From Phoronis australis (taxonomy: Eukaryota; Animalia; Phoronida): DNA of 64,000 bases. Made by a program: the position numbers and the translations under genes. Positions 51,071-64,000 of this stretch are shown piece by piece. Location of the stretch: positions 682,001-746,000 of the forward strand of contig NMRA01000077.1 of NCBI GenBank assembly GCA_002633005.1. Reading direction: 5' to 3'. The notes under the pieces were generated by a model. That model was not told the DNA's origin. It was given only the letters and a program-made list of their open reading frames with translations, and did no database searches. Each line of letters opens with the position of its first letter. Position 1 is the first letter of the stretch.

Positions 51071-52779
51071 AGAGGGGAGAACAATTCTTGATTGTTTTGT
51101 TTTTGTTTTGTTTTAATGAAAGAATGAAGAAATCCAACCCAAATTCCATTGTCATTGTATCGTTGTTGTTTTTATCACAACAGGAAGTTACGACAACATG
51201 TGTTCAACAGAATCGGTTGGAAATGAACTTTGATCTACTAGCTTTGATCTTGGACGTGATTTTAGAAGTTTAGTGACAGCGAGATATCTCAAGAGGTCGT
51301 ATTGACCTAATACTCAAGTAGTCATCTAATAGTCATTTTGTTGATGTACGGACATGTAGACTGAGAGGTGTTAAAATGTAGGAAGTTACAGTGAGGCTAG
51401 AGGGGGTATAGTGAGGCTCCTGGCTCCCTGGGCTAAACTCAAAGGGAACATGTCTGGCCACTCGGAGAGTTCTGTAGTTTCAAACGTTGTAGCCCCAAGA
51501 CCTGCTGTTGTTGCATGGTCAAATAGATATTGGAATGCAGTCTAAGTAGAGGATTGTCCTATCTTTTGTAACCCCAGATATACTTTCCAGTCAATTTGTT
51601 TTTTTCTCATATTTATAAATAAAATGTTTTCTTTTTAGGAGTGGGTCAAGGTGTGTCTTGTATTGCAATCATATTGTGGAGTAGGCATTACTGGTAGTTA
51701 ACAGATTGCTATCACATTCTGGGGTACAGCCTGCTCAGATGCCTCGAGTACCAAACCCATAATTATGTGTGATAATTTGTTGTGGCACCCTTTTTATGAA
51801 AAGTTAGGCCAAAATCAAGCTTTACTTTTGACTTAAAAAAGTCACAAAGCTGAGTTTGACAAACATGTCTGCGGAAATCCATGATGTGACTGATGTCGCT
51901 GATAAAGGGAAGCTGTGTGTTTTCGTTATATAATAATCCTCCTTTTGTTACAATTAGTTGCTGATATTATATGACAAAGTGATATTACTGCCTAAAACGG
52001 GTAAATGTGACCTAGCATAGTACAGACTTCATATTTTATGCTATTGGCAGGAATCAACATTTTGTGATGCCAAATTGATATAGTTTGGTAAGGCATAGTT
52101 TCATCAGCAAGAAATTGTAGACTATAGGTGTTATGTAGTTTTCGTGTCGTTTATGTACAGATACTTCAAAATGGGTGCAAAGATACTTTTCTTAATGTTA
52201 ACTGTCACATTGGGAGCCAAAAGTATGTTTTAGGTGCATCTGAAATAAATTGAAAACTACATAGGCAATTTTGGTTGATCACCAAAGATTTTTATTTTAC
52301 AGTAATTGTTATCAACCATTTTATCACATCACACCATTCATATGAATTCCTATCAACAGTTGATATAACTTTTCATCCGAAGTTTGTCATCAAATATTAT
52401 AATTTATGATGATTCCTTATAAATGATCATATGAATACACATGAACCAAAATTGTGGTGTACTTTTGGCACAAAGAACTTGTTTATGTGTTCATGGAGCT
52501 TTACATGTTCAAAACTGTCTCAGGAGTTTGTATTTCACTTATTGTAAACCACAGCAATGTTCTAGTATCTATGAACAGCACTTTACAATCAAACACATTT
52601 GCTGATCAGTGCTTATTGTCTGACAATATACTAACAACTGTTTAGCTGTGAATTTTCATCATTACTTCATGACATACTAAGTTAAATGACGAGTTACTCT
52701 GAAGCTATCTTCTGCCACTCATGTCTTGCATGACGCTATGGTCTGTGACACAAATAAACCTTATATGTTCTTGATAATT

Positions 52780-53020
52780 GTCATAACCTGTACTGTTATA
52801 ACTATTCATGATTGTCTTAACCTGCTCTGTTATAAATATTTGTAATTGTTGTAACCTGTACTGTTATAACTATTCATGATTGTCATAACCTGCTCTGTTA
52901 TAACTATTCATGATTGTCATAACCTGCTCTGTTATAACTATTCATGATTTTCATAACCTGCCCTGTTATAAATATTCATGATTGTTGTAACCTGTGCTGT
53001 TATAACTATTCATGACTGTC
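52780..53020. repeat. 34-bp minisatellite in the putative ERG 3' UTR
   Basis: aacctgtactgttataactattcatgattgtcat, ~7 copies. Confidence 0.9.
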
Positions 53021-54665
53021 AAGTTAAAGGTTGATTACTGTTGTCACTTGTTATAACATGAGGAATGGTGTTGAAGGAGGGACTGTAAAAAGTTCACAGA
53101 GTGGTAATTCATTATGATTCATAGTGACAGTGTAGTATGTAGACCTAATGTTGACAAACTTGGGAAGTTTTTGCAACTGTTTTAATGTTGACTGGTCATA
53201 GTTGACAAGTTGTTAGAGACTAGACGCACAGTACTGAATTATAAGATAAGTCTGATTACAATGCAAGAGTACTCTTGCCATATGGTTTTATGATTCTCAG
53301 TTTGTAACCTACTTGTTGTAAATTAATTATTTTTTGTGTGTTATGCTAATTTTTTATTTTACTTCCCACCATGTAATTTAACCATAGAATCAAACATGCA
53401 TTGTGTATAGTTATTAAACCTCTATCAATTTTATTCTATATTTGAAAGTTATTGGATAGTTCTAATTTTTCTTGTTGTTAGGTAGTTGACTTTTTGAGTG
53501 CAATCTTTCTTATCTCTTATTCCCTCACTAAAGTTTTCATGAGTGGTTTTAGATGACTCAACTTTATATATGTATCAGGGTTTCTATGCAGTGACCTATG
53601 ATAATTTGTGATCAAGTTTTTTTACCATTGGTTGGTGATTGTGAATCATGTTCTTTTTGATCAGTAAGTTCATCTTTGCTCTTAATGTTGATTTTAAGAT
53701 GTTGAGTTTAGTAATAATGTGTTTAGTTCACCACGTAAAGATAATGGCTTTTCAAATTCTCTAATACATGTTGCGTGAGCAACACTTGGTTTTTATCTAC
53801 AGCTATAAATCCTCTTTCCAAGATGGAGAAAACAAAAATGTGCGCCTCACTCTAGACAGAGATTTACTTTGCAGCATGTTTCCTGTTATGACTGACTGAA
53901 TGAGAAACCTGATTCTAAGTCATGGACCTGCGTTTTGTTTTATTTTGACCTGGGTTGGTAATCATGCGGACCACATGGCTGAATATTTACAAGTGTTCTC
54001 ACATTGTAATCACATGGGGCACACTTGACAGGTGAACTATCCTTCTAACCGTTAATAAGTCATTTTCACCCATATGATTACTCTCCTGGAGTGCATTCCG
54101 TAGACCAAGTGACTTGCAACAAAACCAAGATCACGCAAGACCTTGCAAAATCTCGCGAGTGAAAGGTGAGTTACATGTCTGCTCAGTACCTCACTAGCAG
54201 CTCTTGAACTGGTCATTTGGTAGAATTCACTGTTTTCATTACATAAGCAAAAGGATTTCGCTGCAAATGCAAGCTAATGACTTGGTCTACAGAACACTGT
54301 TCCATATTGTTTTTATGAAACTTGAAACAGCATTGACGAGGATGTGGAAAGAAATGCTCGGGCTGAACACTTAACAGTTTTTTGTAGGTTCTTCAATGGT
54401 ATAGTACACAATGACAGCAAGTAGGCCAGGTAAACTCGCTATTCATTTGCAGCCAATTCGAAAATTCCCATCTGTCCTGTAACTGTTGCAGACAAGCTGA
54501 TGTATCTCTTTATACACTGAGAGAGTGGTGGAATTCTTCATGGCACAGTTATATTATGTGAATGACGAGTCATTGAATGTAGGTATTTTATACCCGTATG
54601 TTTGAAGTGTGTAGTGCCTAATGTGTACATTGTTACAATTGTTAAAAGTGTACACTGCAATTTGG

Positions 54666-54671
54666 AATAAA
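54666..54671 (+). terminator. Candidate distal poly(A) signal of the ERG gene
   Basis: AATAAA followed ~20 nt later by a GT-rich tract (gtttgttgtt); a proximal AATAAA also at 51618-51623. Confidence 0.4.
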
Positions 54672-55244
54672 AATATTCATAGAACATTCAGTTTGTTGTT
54701 ACACTCCATACCTGCACACACATCACTGCTAGAAAATTAGTGTTATTTATCTGGAAACATGTCTGCCCAAAATGATTTCAGTTTTGCTATGGTAATTATG
54801 AGGTAAAAATTACTGTGGAGTATTTCCTTTCCACTTGTGGCCCAAAACTTGAAAATCAAGAAATTGTCCAATTAAATGAGACCGATTGGTCCCTACCAAG
54901 AAAACAGTTGGCTTTCCATGTTGTGAATTTTGTGAAGCAGGCAAATTTTGGAAGGGTTGGCTATCCTGTTCAAAATCAATGACTTCTTGACATTAGATAA
55001 CTTAATGATCGTCCGAAGATGGACTCATTATGTCCTATTGTGATAATGAAAGTTGTAGACATTTGAGTAACCTTGTTTATCTAAGTACATCTAAATCAGG
55101 ACGATATTGAGCATTTGTCAGATATTACAACAGATCTAACCATTACAACAGGATATTTACCAAGCAGAAGCTTAAACTCATAAAGCCCAACCCACCGATT
55201 CAGAACTAACTAAAGGCAACTGACATTTGGTTCAAAGACATGGC

Positions 55245-55732
55245 AACCAGCTTGTACCGAGAATGAAACACTACTAAACCAGTTTGTACTGACAATGAAA
55301 CAACACTAAACCAGCTTGTACTGAGAATGAAACACCACTAAACCAGTTTGTACTGAGAATAAAACAACACTAAACCACCTTGTACTGAGAATGAAACACC
55401 ACTAAACCAGTTGGTGCTGAGAATGAAACAACACTAAACCAGCTTGTACTGAGAATGAAACAACAGTAAACCAGTTTGTACTGAGAATAAAACAACACTA
55501 AACCACCTTGTACTGAGAATGAAACACCACTAAACCATTTGGTGCTGAGAATGAAACAACACTAAACCAGCTTGTACTGAGAATGAAACAACAGTAAACC
55601 AGTTTGTACTCAGAATGAAACAACACTAAACCAGTTTGTACTGAGAATGAAACAACACTAAACCAGCTTGTACTGAGAATGAAACAACACTAAACCAGTT
55701 TGTACTGAGAATGAAGAAACACTAAACCAGTT
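55245..55732. repeat. 32-bp minisatellite, ~15 copies, between the convergent 3' ends
   Basis: aaaccagcttgtactgagaatgaaacaacact. Confidence 0.95.
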
Positions 55733-55960
55733 CCTTGTGTGAATAAAAATGGTTGATTAGGTCCTAGCCTCAACCTTGTTTTTAATTCGGATATCAAAAG
55801 ATTTTTAGGTTTGATAAGAACTGGCAATTAATGCTCTCTACAGCTGAAGCAGGTGTACTACTATGTTTCGTGTGATCTAAAAAAGTGATTCCAAACCAAA
55901 TCACATATTAGACGCTTAACAACAGCAACTAAAAATCAAAGAAAACAAAATTGAAAGTAT

Positions 55961-55966
55961 TTTATT
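55961..55966 (-). terminator. Candidate poly(A) signal of the GLCCI1-like gene
   Basis: AATAAA on - strand followed by T/GT-rich downstream sequence; implies a ~3.6 kb 3' UTR. Confidence 0.4.
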
Positions 55967-56320
55967 AAAATTTTTTGCAAAAATTTATAACATACAACAA
56001 TTAAAGGATAGTTTAAACAAGTATATGTTTACAATAATGCTCAGGGCAGTGACATTTCACATGGTAATGTGTCCAACTGTCAAAGTCTCTTTGATGGCTT
56101 TACTTTCTTCATAAAAGGTACTGCATTTACCTAAACCATGTAAACAGATCCGAGAGAACTTATATGCTGGTACACTGTCTGGTTACCACGGCCAAGATCG
56201 AAACAAGATGTCATAACAATACAATTAGGGTTGACAAAAATATGTACATTCTTTCTCCACCAATGCCCTTGACTGGGAGACTTCATCAAATGACAACAAC
56301 GGCAGACTTCACCACTTAAC

Positions 56321-56769
56321 TTGACAACTTTAAGGTTGTGTAGGACATTATTGACAACTTTAAGGTTGTGTAGGACATTATTGACAAGTTTAAGGTTGTG
56401 TAGGACATTATTGACAAGTCTGTACAATTAGTAAAATATATACAAAACTATAAAATTTAACTTTGGCAAAAGTAAGTATTTTCTGGAAGCAGAAATTAAG
56501 TAAAATTTGATTGTTTTTCTTATATCAATCTGTCATTCATAGGTTCACATGACCATGCTTTTTTAGTAAAATTTAGGAATATGGTACATTTATAGGAAAT
56601 CAAAAGGGTAGATTAAATTCCAAATTTCTTACCATATAAATGTTCAAGATGAAATCTCAAATACACTGTTACAGATTTCTAAATTACCGTGAATATGTTC
56701 TGCCACTTCGGAGATATGATGATATAAAGTTCGACAAAACTGAACATTTTTCTAGGGTCCTACACAACC
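56321..56769. mobile_element. Kolobok-like MITE with a triplicated terminus
   Basis: (ttgacaactttaaggttgtgtaggacatta) x3; perfect 13-bp TIR ggttgtgtaggac / gtcctacacaacc. Confidence 0.75.
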
Positions 56770-59521
56770 TTATCAAAACAATCTGATATCTCGAAATGAT
56801 ACTTTGAAATTTGACATATTAAATGATCTCAAACTCATGGCAACAGGGGTGTGTTCCGTGGACGTAAGGCACTAGCAAGTAAAACTAGAGTGATCATGTG
56901 TTTTGCTTGTAATGCACAGCAATATCTCGCAGACTTACATGAGTTAGCTTTTCAAGTGAGACACTTGCTCTACAGAACACAGCCCAAGTCGGATATAAAC
57001 AACAACTCATGCAGCATCATAGATTCAGTTAACAAACTTGTGAAATAACCTTGAGGTAGCTCGAGGCATGTCCCTGGAATTACACAAGAGAAGTGGTTTC
57101 AACGTTAACTGCAGGGCAGAAAGAGCCACAAAACTGTGACGAGCTGTCATTACATCAATCAGGTCTCCTATTCGTGCAGCAATTTTAGAAAAAAGTCACA
57201 ATGCCAATACTACTTTCTATAAAGTTAATGAAACCATCATTAGAGGCGTTTCAAATTAATCTAATGAAGTTCAACTTGCCCATGAATGAAATCAAGTAAA
57301 ATTTTTGATAACCATGCTAATGGATCGAGTACCTCAGTAGCTTAAACTTCAATTTCATATAAACCAACGAAAGCCATATGGAGCGAGTGAATCGTGTAAT
57401 ATAAACACTGCCCACATAGAGGCAAAACAACTTACTAGACAAGAGATTCGATAGGCAGCTTAACTCGGAGTAAGGCATGAGTAAAGCTTGCTGCACACCA
57501 AAGATGTGAAAAGAGTTGACCACGATGGATTTTTTTCACACTAAACAAGTTTTTTTGTGGGACCAGCAATTTGAATGACACGAATTTACCCAGGCAGGAG
57601 TCACTAGAATTTTCTAGAGCAAAATCAGTGATCCACCACCCACACATGACAAGAATCTCTGACAGCCAGTCTACCATTAACACTCCCAAGCAATGTAGGG
57701 TTCAAAACAACATGATAAACTAATTTTATGAGAGAAAACTGCCCGTGTTCACAAGATATCACTTGCAACCGGTTGTGCTGGTGAGAATGTCACAGGATGT
57801 GCAGCAGGCTTCAGCTTGGTGAAATCCATCAGTTGCACTTCAAAGCATGAATTTCCAAGGCGTACTCAAGCCATAGATCATCAAACACAGACCATGACCG
57901 AACAGAAATGAAAGACTGGATATAAATCCGTATTAGAACGTATATGGTTCGAACTGCAACCAGCACTCATATGTAAAAGACATACGGCAGACACAACTAT
58001 TAATACACGGCAACAAAAATAAAATAATATCTCTACAATGTACAGCACTACTTATCATACAAACTGCGCAGCTGGTCACAACAACACTGAACAGAAACTG
58101 ATCTATACAGAACAAAAGCATGCGTCTACCGTCTCAGATGATACGTACAATACATATGTGAGGGTCATATGAACCAAGAATATTCACCCAACGTTATATA
58201 CTGGGGCTTTAAACAGCCTGGCTGTTTTTACAAATTTTGGCAACAAAATAAAAAAATTAAACTATAGCAGCAACTGGCACTCGCACATGGAAGATCATGA
58301 AATAGTGAATTCTTTCGAAATGCTCACACAAAAACACTTTGTGAGTTTTGGAATGCCGTTAGTAGTCGTGCAGGACCTCGTTCCATATTGCACCAAATAA
58401 CCACAGCTTTACAAGAATGGATAACAGTGTACCATCAACAAAAATCAAAGCTCTGCCGTGGTGTTTTGGTGCAACTGTTTCTAGTCAAGAGCTGTGATGA
58501 GATGGATATGGGATCCAGGTAGGATGTCAAACTTAGTTTATAATTGAAGAAAAGGTGTGAGGCTCCAGACACACATCTTGTACATATATAATACTACACC
58601 TTGTATACCCTTCGATAATGCACACGCATTTATAATGTACATGAATTCACAAAGATTCACCCAGCAGTTCCCAGATTGACTAAGACTCAGCAAAATCCAT
58701 AATATATATGTGTCGTAAACCTAAATCTAGTTTACATCAAGTTAATACAGATACATAGAGCCTAGAATCAGAAGGTAAACCAGTGGGTGCATGTCAGAGC
58801 TAGGTGTGATTCCATGGTCAAAGGTCACACATCCAGGTCAGAGGTCAAACACACTCACCCTCCACAAACCCATGGGTGTGGTAAGCGATATGAAAATAAC
58901 GATAGTTTGATTACAACAACTACATAATGAACCCGTAAATGTAGACAAGTCATGACAACAAGCCTGAACTCTCAACACTGGCTAAGTCTAATCCGCACTT
59001 ATATGTCTGAACAACTTAGGACAGAATGGTTAAACATTGACAATACTTCCACTGTTCACAGGAACCTGACGTAGGATAGATGGAACATTAAATGCCAGCC
59101 TAGTAGCCTGGTCTAGAGGAATACATGAGACTACTTCTAGCCAGCTTCACTTTTCTTATGAATCTGGTGTGGACTGTCCTTAAATTTAAATGCTGCCTAG
59201 GTAGCAGTCAAGTCAGAACAGATTAGTGAAATAAAGCAAAGATATGCCATCAGCTGACACCATTATTTCCATCACCTCTCCCTTTGTGACTGCTTTGCTA
59301 AATGCTAACCTGCCAGATCAGGAGATTAATGGAACTAGAGCTCCATTATCCCTACCAATCTTTCGTGATCTGTCCTAAAAGTGCAATGCTTCAGCGGTAA
59401 CTGAGCAGGAGAGTTCAATGAAACTAATGAGCGCCGCTGTAAGCAGGCTTAACATGCCAATCCATCAACACGTCAAGTTCCACATGCAGCAGAGGTTGTT
59501 GCTGTCATTGGCAGTGAGTTT

Positions 59522-59699
59522 CTACAGGCTTTCGATGCCCGCATGACTAGCAGCTGGTGGTGTGTTACGGATGGCTGGAGTTGTGGCCAAACATGTGTAC
59601 TGTGACATGGGGCAGAAGGCCGACCTCTCGCTCAGCTTGAACTGATTACCACTTGGAGTGATGGAGTACAGCGACGCCTTAAGGGTGGGCTTCTTTAGA
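59522..59699 (-). CDS. GLCCI1: GLCCI1/FAM117-family terminal coding exon
   Basis: ttgcag|T acceptor completes phase 2; contains SAFCP motif; TAG stop at 59524-59522. Confidence 0.85.
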
Positions 59700-60313
59700 C
59701 TGCAATCAAAACAGAATGGTAGACTGTCAACCAGTTTCAACGAGACAATTGCCTATCAAAATCCTGGCACAATAGGGTCAGTCTACCAACTGCTGGGAGT
59801 ACCTCGTGCTTTCAGAGCAAGATTCTTACATCTCCAACATAAAAATTGACATCTACCAATAAAAGAACTGACAAACTATTGTCCACCTGCTATTTGCTAG
59901 CAGTACTGAAAGCGTTTAGGATAGGATTGTTACATCTGCTACATAAAAATTGAAAATTGATATCTGCCAATCTTTGATAGACAGGAAGGATTAATGCTTC
60001 AGAACGAGTTTCCTCAGTGACATAGCTGACAATACATTAGGCAGAACTCCATCACCAGTTTCATTGGTGCAAGAAAGTTGAATGTTCTCAGACATACACT
60101 TCGGGAAATATTTAATGTCAAAACAATCTTTTACATACAAAGAACTTGAAAGTGGACCACTAAATAACTCATCACAGATAAACACACTAATTAAACAAAG
60201 CACAGCTGCCTCTATTCATATTACATTTAGAAACAGTTCTAAAATCAGGTGTGTTGAAAGACAGCAACAAAGCCATGAGCCAGCACTACAAAAGGCCAGC
60301 ATAGTTATCTAAC

Positions 60314-60449
60314 CTTGCTTCATCGATGATCTTGACACGCTCACAGCCATCGGGGGGACTACGAACGAAGTCATATGACTTGTTTGGCTTCGGGCTGGCA
60401 GAATATTTTGACATGAGGGGACAATCGGGGGACGCGCTGGTGTCCAGGT
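60314..60449 (-). CDS. GLCCI1: GLCCI1/FAM117-family exon
   Basis: ttttgcag|AC acceptor, AG|gttaga donor; KYSASPKPNKSYDFVRSPPDGCERVKI resembles [27 protein letters not shown]. Confidence 0.92.
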
Positions 60450-61583
60450 CTGCAAAAAGATTTAACGCTACAGGTGACGCACACACAACTACAATTCCTA
60501 TTAAACCTGTACTTAAGTTCACAAACATTTTAAAGTCTGGTCTGCATGCCACATACTTGGATCTAGAGTTCAGTTCAGTCTAAGTGGAATAAAAAAATGA
60601 CTTGTTCCCTGTATTCCATAGAACAAGTTTCTTGCGAGATAAGCCAGACCACCAAAGCCTTCGTGTTATGTTGACATCAGTGCTCGATTTGATGACCTGC
60701 AGCTCACCAATGAGACTTCAAATTTCATTCCGCGACCAGGGAAAAATCCCAAGTCACTATGGAGTCTCCACACGGAGTATCAAATTCAGAGAATAATTCA
60801 CCCAAAATTCATTTCAAATTTGTGGTCACTTTCAAAGGTTAAATTAATAATAACATTTTTCCCAGATTCAATACCTTTGGCTCACAATTGCTACGTTTTA
60901 CATTTACCATCCTCAGCAGCCAGCACATATCAAACACACGCTTAAATTTCAACATGAAGTAAACACATGAAGTCGTAATTGTTCGACAAAAATCAAGCAA
61001 GGTCGGACCATGAAACATGCGCCTCCAATGTATCCTATCGTCTACGTTCTCCATTGGCAAGAAGAAAAAAGTTATAGATTGAATGGTACATGTTTTGAAT
61101 ATTTAAGGGAGAAATGGAAGTGGTACACATAATTTCCTAACAAAACGATGCGGTACATCTTTTTTATGGCGGCAATTGTCCACCTCAGTTTTCACTTAGC
61201 AACCTGTGATTTTTGTTAAGTCACATTTGGCGAGCTGGCATTAAGCTAAGCGTCTAGTGCTGGATACGCATTACAATAAAAGCACGAGATCACACTGGCT
61301 TTGCTCAGTTTCTCGCATCCACAAAATGTGCTTCTGATTTTGAGGTAATAACAAATGCTCGTAGTTGCATGATGCAGCAAATAATCCAATGGCTTAATTG
61401 TACTCTTGAATGCAGTAATTCATACAGATCCAATGGGTGAAAAATAGCAATGATTTACACATTTCATTTGTCCAATGCCAACAGTAATTTGTGAAATGAA
61501 TAGAATTGCCACGACGTATATTTGCAAAGTTCAACTAAAATACCAACAGCATAAAGACAGTTGACAACAGATGTCACTCATAC

Positions 61584-61851
61584 CTTTTTCCACCTTTATT
61601 TCCACCTCCTTACTGGCACTGTCTGAAGAGTCGGACCGACTGGAAGGTCTCGATGTATCCATATTGCCGGGAATTATGGGAAAGGAAGGGCTTATGGATT
61701 GAGATCGGCTGCCAGAGCCGCTGCTGTTATTGTCCTCCGGAGTACGGCTGTAGTCGTCGTTGGCAGCGGGGGTCTGCGTGTCCACCGACCGGCGTGTATT
61801 GAGGAGCTCAGCCACAGGTGCCCGATGACCATCTGGGGCCGGCTCTTGACT
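61584..61851 (-). CDS. GLCCI1: GLCCI1/FAM117-family exon
   Basis: tttgcag|AGT acceptor, G|gtatga donor; PDGHRAPV...RSVDTQTP family motif. Confidence 0.9.
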
Positions 61852-62546
61852 CTGCAAAGAACACGCAGTCTTTACAAACATTGACTGTGGGTTTGGGAGT
61901 GTCGAGGCTGCTAGAACGGCTTAAACATCACAACAAGGAAGGAAGATGAGTCAAGACAAACTAAATGTGTAGAACAATAACAACACAGTGACTTCACACG
62001 AAGCTACACTGACCAAACAGTTAACAAGAGTAAAAGTCTGCAACTTCAGTTTTTAAGTTGCATAAAATAAAAAAGAAATGATATTTAAAAAATCTATCAG
62101 ACCGTTTGAGATCTTGTTTTGAGCATTTACAATAAATAAAACTTGGTCATGTTATAAACACTGTTGTTTTGCTATCCATGTACCTTTCCTTTTGTTCAAT
62201 TTTACTAAAAAGACTTGGTTACATGAGCCAATTAATGACAGACTGATAAAAAGTCAAAAATCCAATTCTACATGTTCTCTGCTTTCATAAAATATTTATT
62301 TTTACGGAGTTAAAAAAATTTCAACTTTGTAGACATTCGGCTAAATGCTTGTCAATAAAATCGAATTCTTATCAACTATTTATATCATATCATACTAATC
62401 ATATAAATTTATGTAAAAATGGCTGATATGAATTCAAAAAAAATCTTTTATAATGAATTGTAATCAACCAAAACATATGATACAATGCAGCTACGATTTC
62501 TGTCGCAACAAGGGCTTAAAAACGAGGAGAGGGAGAATTAACTCAC

Positions 62547-62804
62547 CCGATCTTCATCGGCCACAATCGAGACATTTTTTAAGACCAGCTTCTCGATTTC
62601 CGGGTTCAGTCCCTCAACGCTGTTGCGCGTGCGGACGATTCCTTTAGGAATGTGTGATCCAGGGATCTTAATGGGTCCTGAGCTGGCTACTACAGCAACT
62701 TGGGACAGAGCCAAGTGGTTACCATGTACTGGGCTTTGGCGGAGCTTGCTAGACTCCTGCTGTTTGCTGCCCTCCTTTGCCCGGTTCATTCGCTGCTTAT
62801 ACAG
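62547..62804 (-). CDS. GLCCI1: GLCCI1/FAM117-family exon
   Basis: ttttgcag|CTG acceptor, CGG|gtgagt donor; RQSPVHGNH...RNSVEGLNPEIEKLVLK resembles GLCCI1 RQSPLHGNH...VEGISPELEKVFIK. Confidence 0.9.
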
Positions 62805-63744
62805 CTGCAAAAAATCCCAGGTCAACAAAGGTCAAAGGTTAGGCAGTGAGGAAGGCAGTAAGCAATGAGTGTGATCACATATTAGTAATGGAAAGTTACT
62901 TTATATTTTTGATGTGAGTTCCTGGTTGATATACATGTCAGTGATGACTGCTGTTTTAATTACTCAAATAAGTTAAGCATGTTCTGTGTACGTCAGTTTC
63001 ATGCACTACATTTCAATACGCAAGCTTACAGATTAACTGCATAAGGAACATGGTCCAAACTGTATGAAAACAATGGCACAGAAAACCGACATACACAAAA
63101 TAAGCCACTTCAGGAATGTGGCATGCATAATAAATTGGGCTAAGAACAAGAGAATATCAACAACAATATTCGTATTCTATTACTAGGTTAAACAACACTA
63201 AAAATGTTGGATAACTGACAACAATCAATGATGCAAGTGACTCGTGAGATACGACAGAAATCTTGATTTACAAAAAGAAATAACAAGAGCAACAGTATGC
63301 TTCTAGGGGTGTTTATTGGTAACAGAAAAATAGCCACCAGATGGCATAGAATACATCAATCCCACCCGAAAATGGGGAAGTGTCGCCATCTCGTCAACAG
63401 ACGAATTCAATGAAAATACGTCAATGTACTACAAAGTTACAGAGGCAAATGTAAAAAAAATAATAAATTGCCGCTAGGTAGCACAGCAGTATTCGGATCC
63501 ATCCAAAAGAAGCCGTCATCTGTTTTCACCTTAATAGGAATACATTTGCCAAATCTCATTAAGCTCCTGCAAAGGTTTAGGATTTATAGCAGAGTATATA
63601 CTGAATGGACACAGAGATGACCGCAACACATACACACACACACACGTATATGTGTGAGTGTATATTTACATATGTATGTGTATGTATGTGCGTGTGCATA
63701 TAAGTACTTAATATGCACAGTTTACTCCCACAGATCTGACATGG

Positions 63745-63840
63745 TTTTGCAAACATGTTCAGAGACCATCACTTTGCAAACATGTTCAGTGGCCACAACT
63801 TTGCAAACATGTTCAGTGGCCACCACTTTGCAAATGTACT
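63745..63840. repeat. 27-bp tandem repeat
   Basis: tttgcaaacatgttcagtggccacaac, ~3.5 copies. Confidence 0.85.
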
Positions 63841-64000
63841 GTGGCATGCTCTAGAACACATCCCAGTGAGACCCTATGTACATGAGCTAAACCTTGTGTG
63901 ATTTTGTCAACTGCCATGACACTGGCTTCATTAAATGCCTCTCCATGTAACCATGGTTACGCTATCTAACATTACCTCCTTCAAGTTATCCGCATTACCC

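Noticed and set aside
55245-55732. CRISPR-like appearance of regular ~32-bp repeats (also 49862-50720 and 5461-5848)
   Set aside because: Head-to-tail tandem units without unique spacers, no cas genes, eukaryotic context

Overview
Eukaryotic (animal) AT-rich genomic window; a lophotrochozoan such as a mollusc is my guess from TE content and protein style. On the + strand is the 3' portion of an ERG/KCNH2-family voltage-gated K+ channel gene: 14 reconstructed coding exons at 6741-51070 covering S1-S6, the SVGFG filter, C-linker, CNBHD, C-terminal coiled coil and a C-terminal -NSDV. It also has a probable 12-nt microexon and other candidate alternative exons; its N-terminal exons lie upstream of the window. 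On the - strand are the last four coding exons of a GLCCI1/FAM117-family gene (62804-59522), convergent with the channel. The introns are dense with transposon relics. Three TA-flanked pogo/Tc1-like TIR elements jointly reconstruct a stand-alone HIRAN-like gene. A ~6 kb TTAA-flanked Kolobok-like element (THAP + KolX + ~4 kb unexplained cargo) holds a nested RNase H LINE. There are also a DD37D (maT) transposase relic, two Penelope-like GIY-YIG relics with decayed hammerheads, MITEs, tRNA-derived SINEs, long hairpins and many minisatellites. One exon is duplicated across a 24-N gap, probably an allelic assembly artefact. All assignments are by eye; no searches were run.
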